Source: Chloroflexota bacterium
GTDB taxonomy: Bacteria; Chloroflexota; Dehalococcoidia; Lucifugimonadales; Lucifugimonadaceae
Direction of reading: 5' to 3'
Length of the DNA stretch: 64,000 nucleotides
Assembly: GCA_027624075.1 (NCBI GenBank)
Contig: JAQBUH010000005.1
Location: forward strand, 13,198 to 77,197
How positions within the stretch are numbered: position 1 is the stretch's first letter; every line of letters starts with the position of its first letter. Made by a program: the position numbers and the translations under genes. Shown piece after piece: positions 63,577 through 64,000 of this stretch. The notes under the pieces are model-generated. The model saw only the letters and a program-made list of their open reading frames with translations. It made no database searches and was not told where the DNA came from.

Positions 63577-64000
63577 ATGACCAACCAGGAAAACGTCACG
63601 AGTCCGCGGCAAAGCCCTGGCCCTAATCCGGGAGACGATTACCGCGCCGGGCAGCGCAGCATTACGCAGCGCGGCTCCAAGAGCCGGTTCGACATTCTCC
63701 GGGAGAAGAAGGTCAAAAGCGCCCGCGGGCGTCCATACATCTTTGGCGGGATCGGGGTCCTCGTCGCGTTGATGGCTGTGATCGGATATGCGTTCTGGAA
63801 CGAGTTTGTGGCCCCGCCCAGGGCCCTCGCCATCAGAGTCGGGGACGTCGAATACAGCCGGGGCGACGTTGTTGACCTGATCAGGTTTAACCAGCGTCTC
63901 AGCGAAGAGATCGGCGTGCCGTTCCAACTCGGGAATTCTGTATTCGAGGCGCTGCAGACCATCCAGGAGGCGGAGCTTTCGTTTCAACTGGCGCCGCAGT
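63577..64000 (+). CDS. membrane-anchored protein, SurA-N/PpiD-like N-terminus (partial, runs off window end)
   Basis: ATG 63577, then MTNQENV..KSARGRPYIFGGIGVLVALMAVIGYAFW (TM) ..ALAIRVGDVEYSRGDVVDLIRFNQRL... Open to base 64000 and preferred over the antisense track ORF 63511-63987. Confidence 0.5.
   Translation, partial: MTNQENVTSPRQSPGPNPGDDYRAGQRSITQRGSKSRFDILREKKVKSARGRPYIFGGIGVLVALMAVIGYAFWNEFVAPPRALAIRVGDVEYSRGDVVDLIRFNQRLSEEIGVPFQLGNSVFEALQTIQEAELSFQLAPQ

Noticed and set aside
63511-63987. 158-aa minus-strand ORF at the window end.
   Set aside because: The plus strand carries a more protein-like open frame (TM anchor plus SurA-N-like region) starting at ATG 63577. The minus ORF is its shadow.

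Overview
High-GC (about 63-65% by eye), gene-dense chromosomal segment with about 55 CDS, roughly three quarters of them on the minus strand. Housekeeping genes present: rsgA, glmS, plsC, cmk, holB, lysA, selD, mazG, tag, recG, degV, yloV, rpmB, rpe, comEA-comEC, ilvE, glyA and rpsF-ssb-rpsR. They are mixed with many catabolic and transport paralogues: 3 enolase-superfamily genes, 2 CocE/NonD hydrolases, an amidase, an M81/MlrC peptidase, 2 tandem MFS genes, 2 tandem SDR epimerases, an FGE and a SulP transporter. Gene order (rpmB next to yloV-degV-recG) and a DUF385-type F420 reductase suggest a Terrabacteria lineage such as Chloroflexota; this is inference only. I recognised no rRNA, tRNA, CRISPR array, transposase or integrase. 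Main observations: (1) A 1.05-kb low-GC single-gene cassette (2106-3146) is bracketed by 128-bp direct repeats that duplicate the 3' end of the adjacent MlrC-like gene. It encodes an N-terminal domain, a CBS pair and a C-terminal HEPN-like domain (RNSLMH), which makes it a candidate ligand-gated RNase or defence/toxin module. (2) selD is a selenoprotein gene: an in-frame TGA at 24653-24655 was missed by the ORF track. (3) A stand-alone DUF2156 (MprF C-terminal-like aminoacyl transferase) gene sits between two CocE/NonD esterase/peptidase genes. (4) Two minus-strand intrinsic terminators lie just upstream of minus-strand genes. One is preceded by a B12-box-like element, suggesting a riboswitch-like leader. 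(5) There are unusual alternating purine-pyrimidine AT-rich tracts around nudC, several short tandem or direct repeats in promoter regions, an ester-cyclase gene with an in-frame TAG, an S18 protein with GGRD repeats and a long acidic tail, and degenerate PAP2 and receiver domains. All family calls come from motif recognition by eye. No database search was run.
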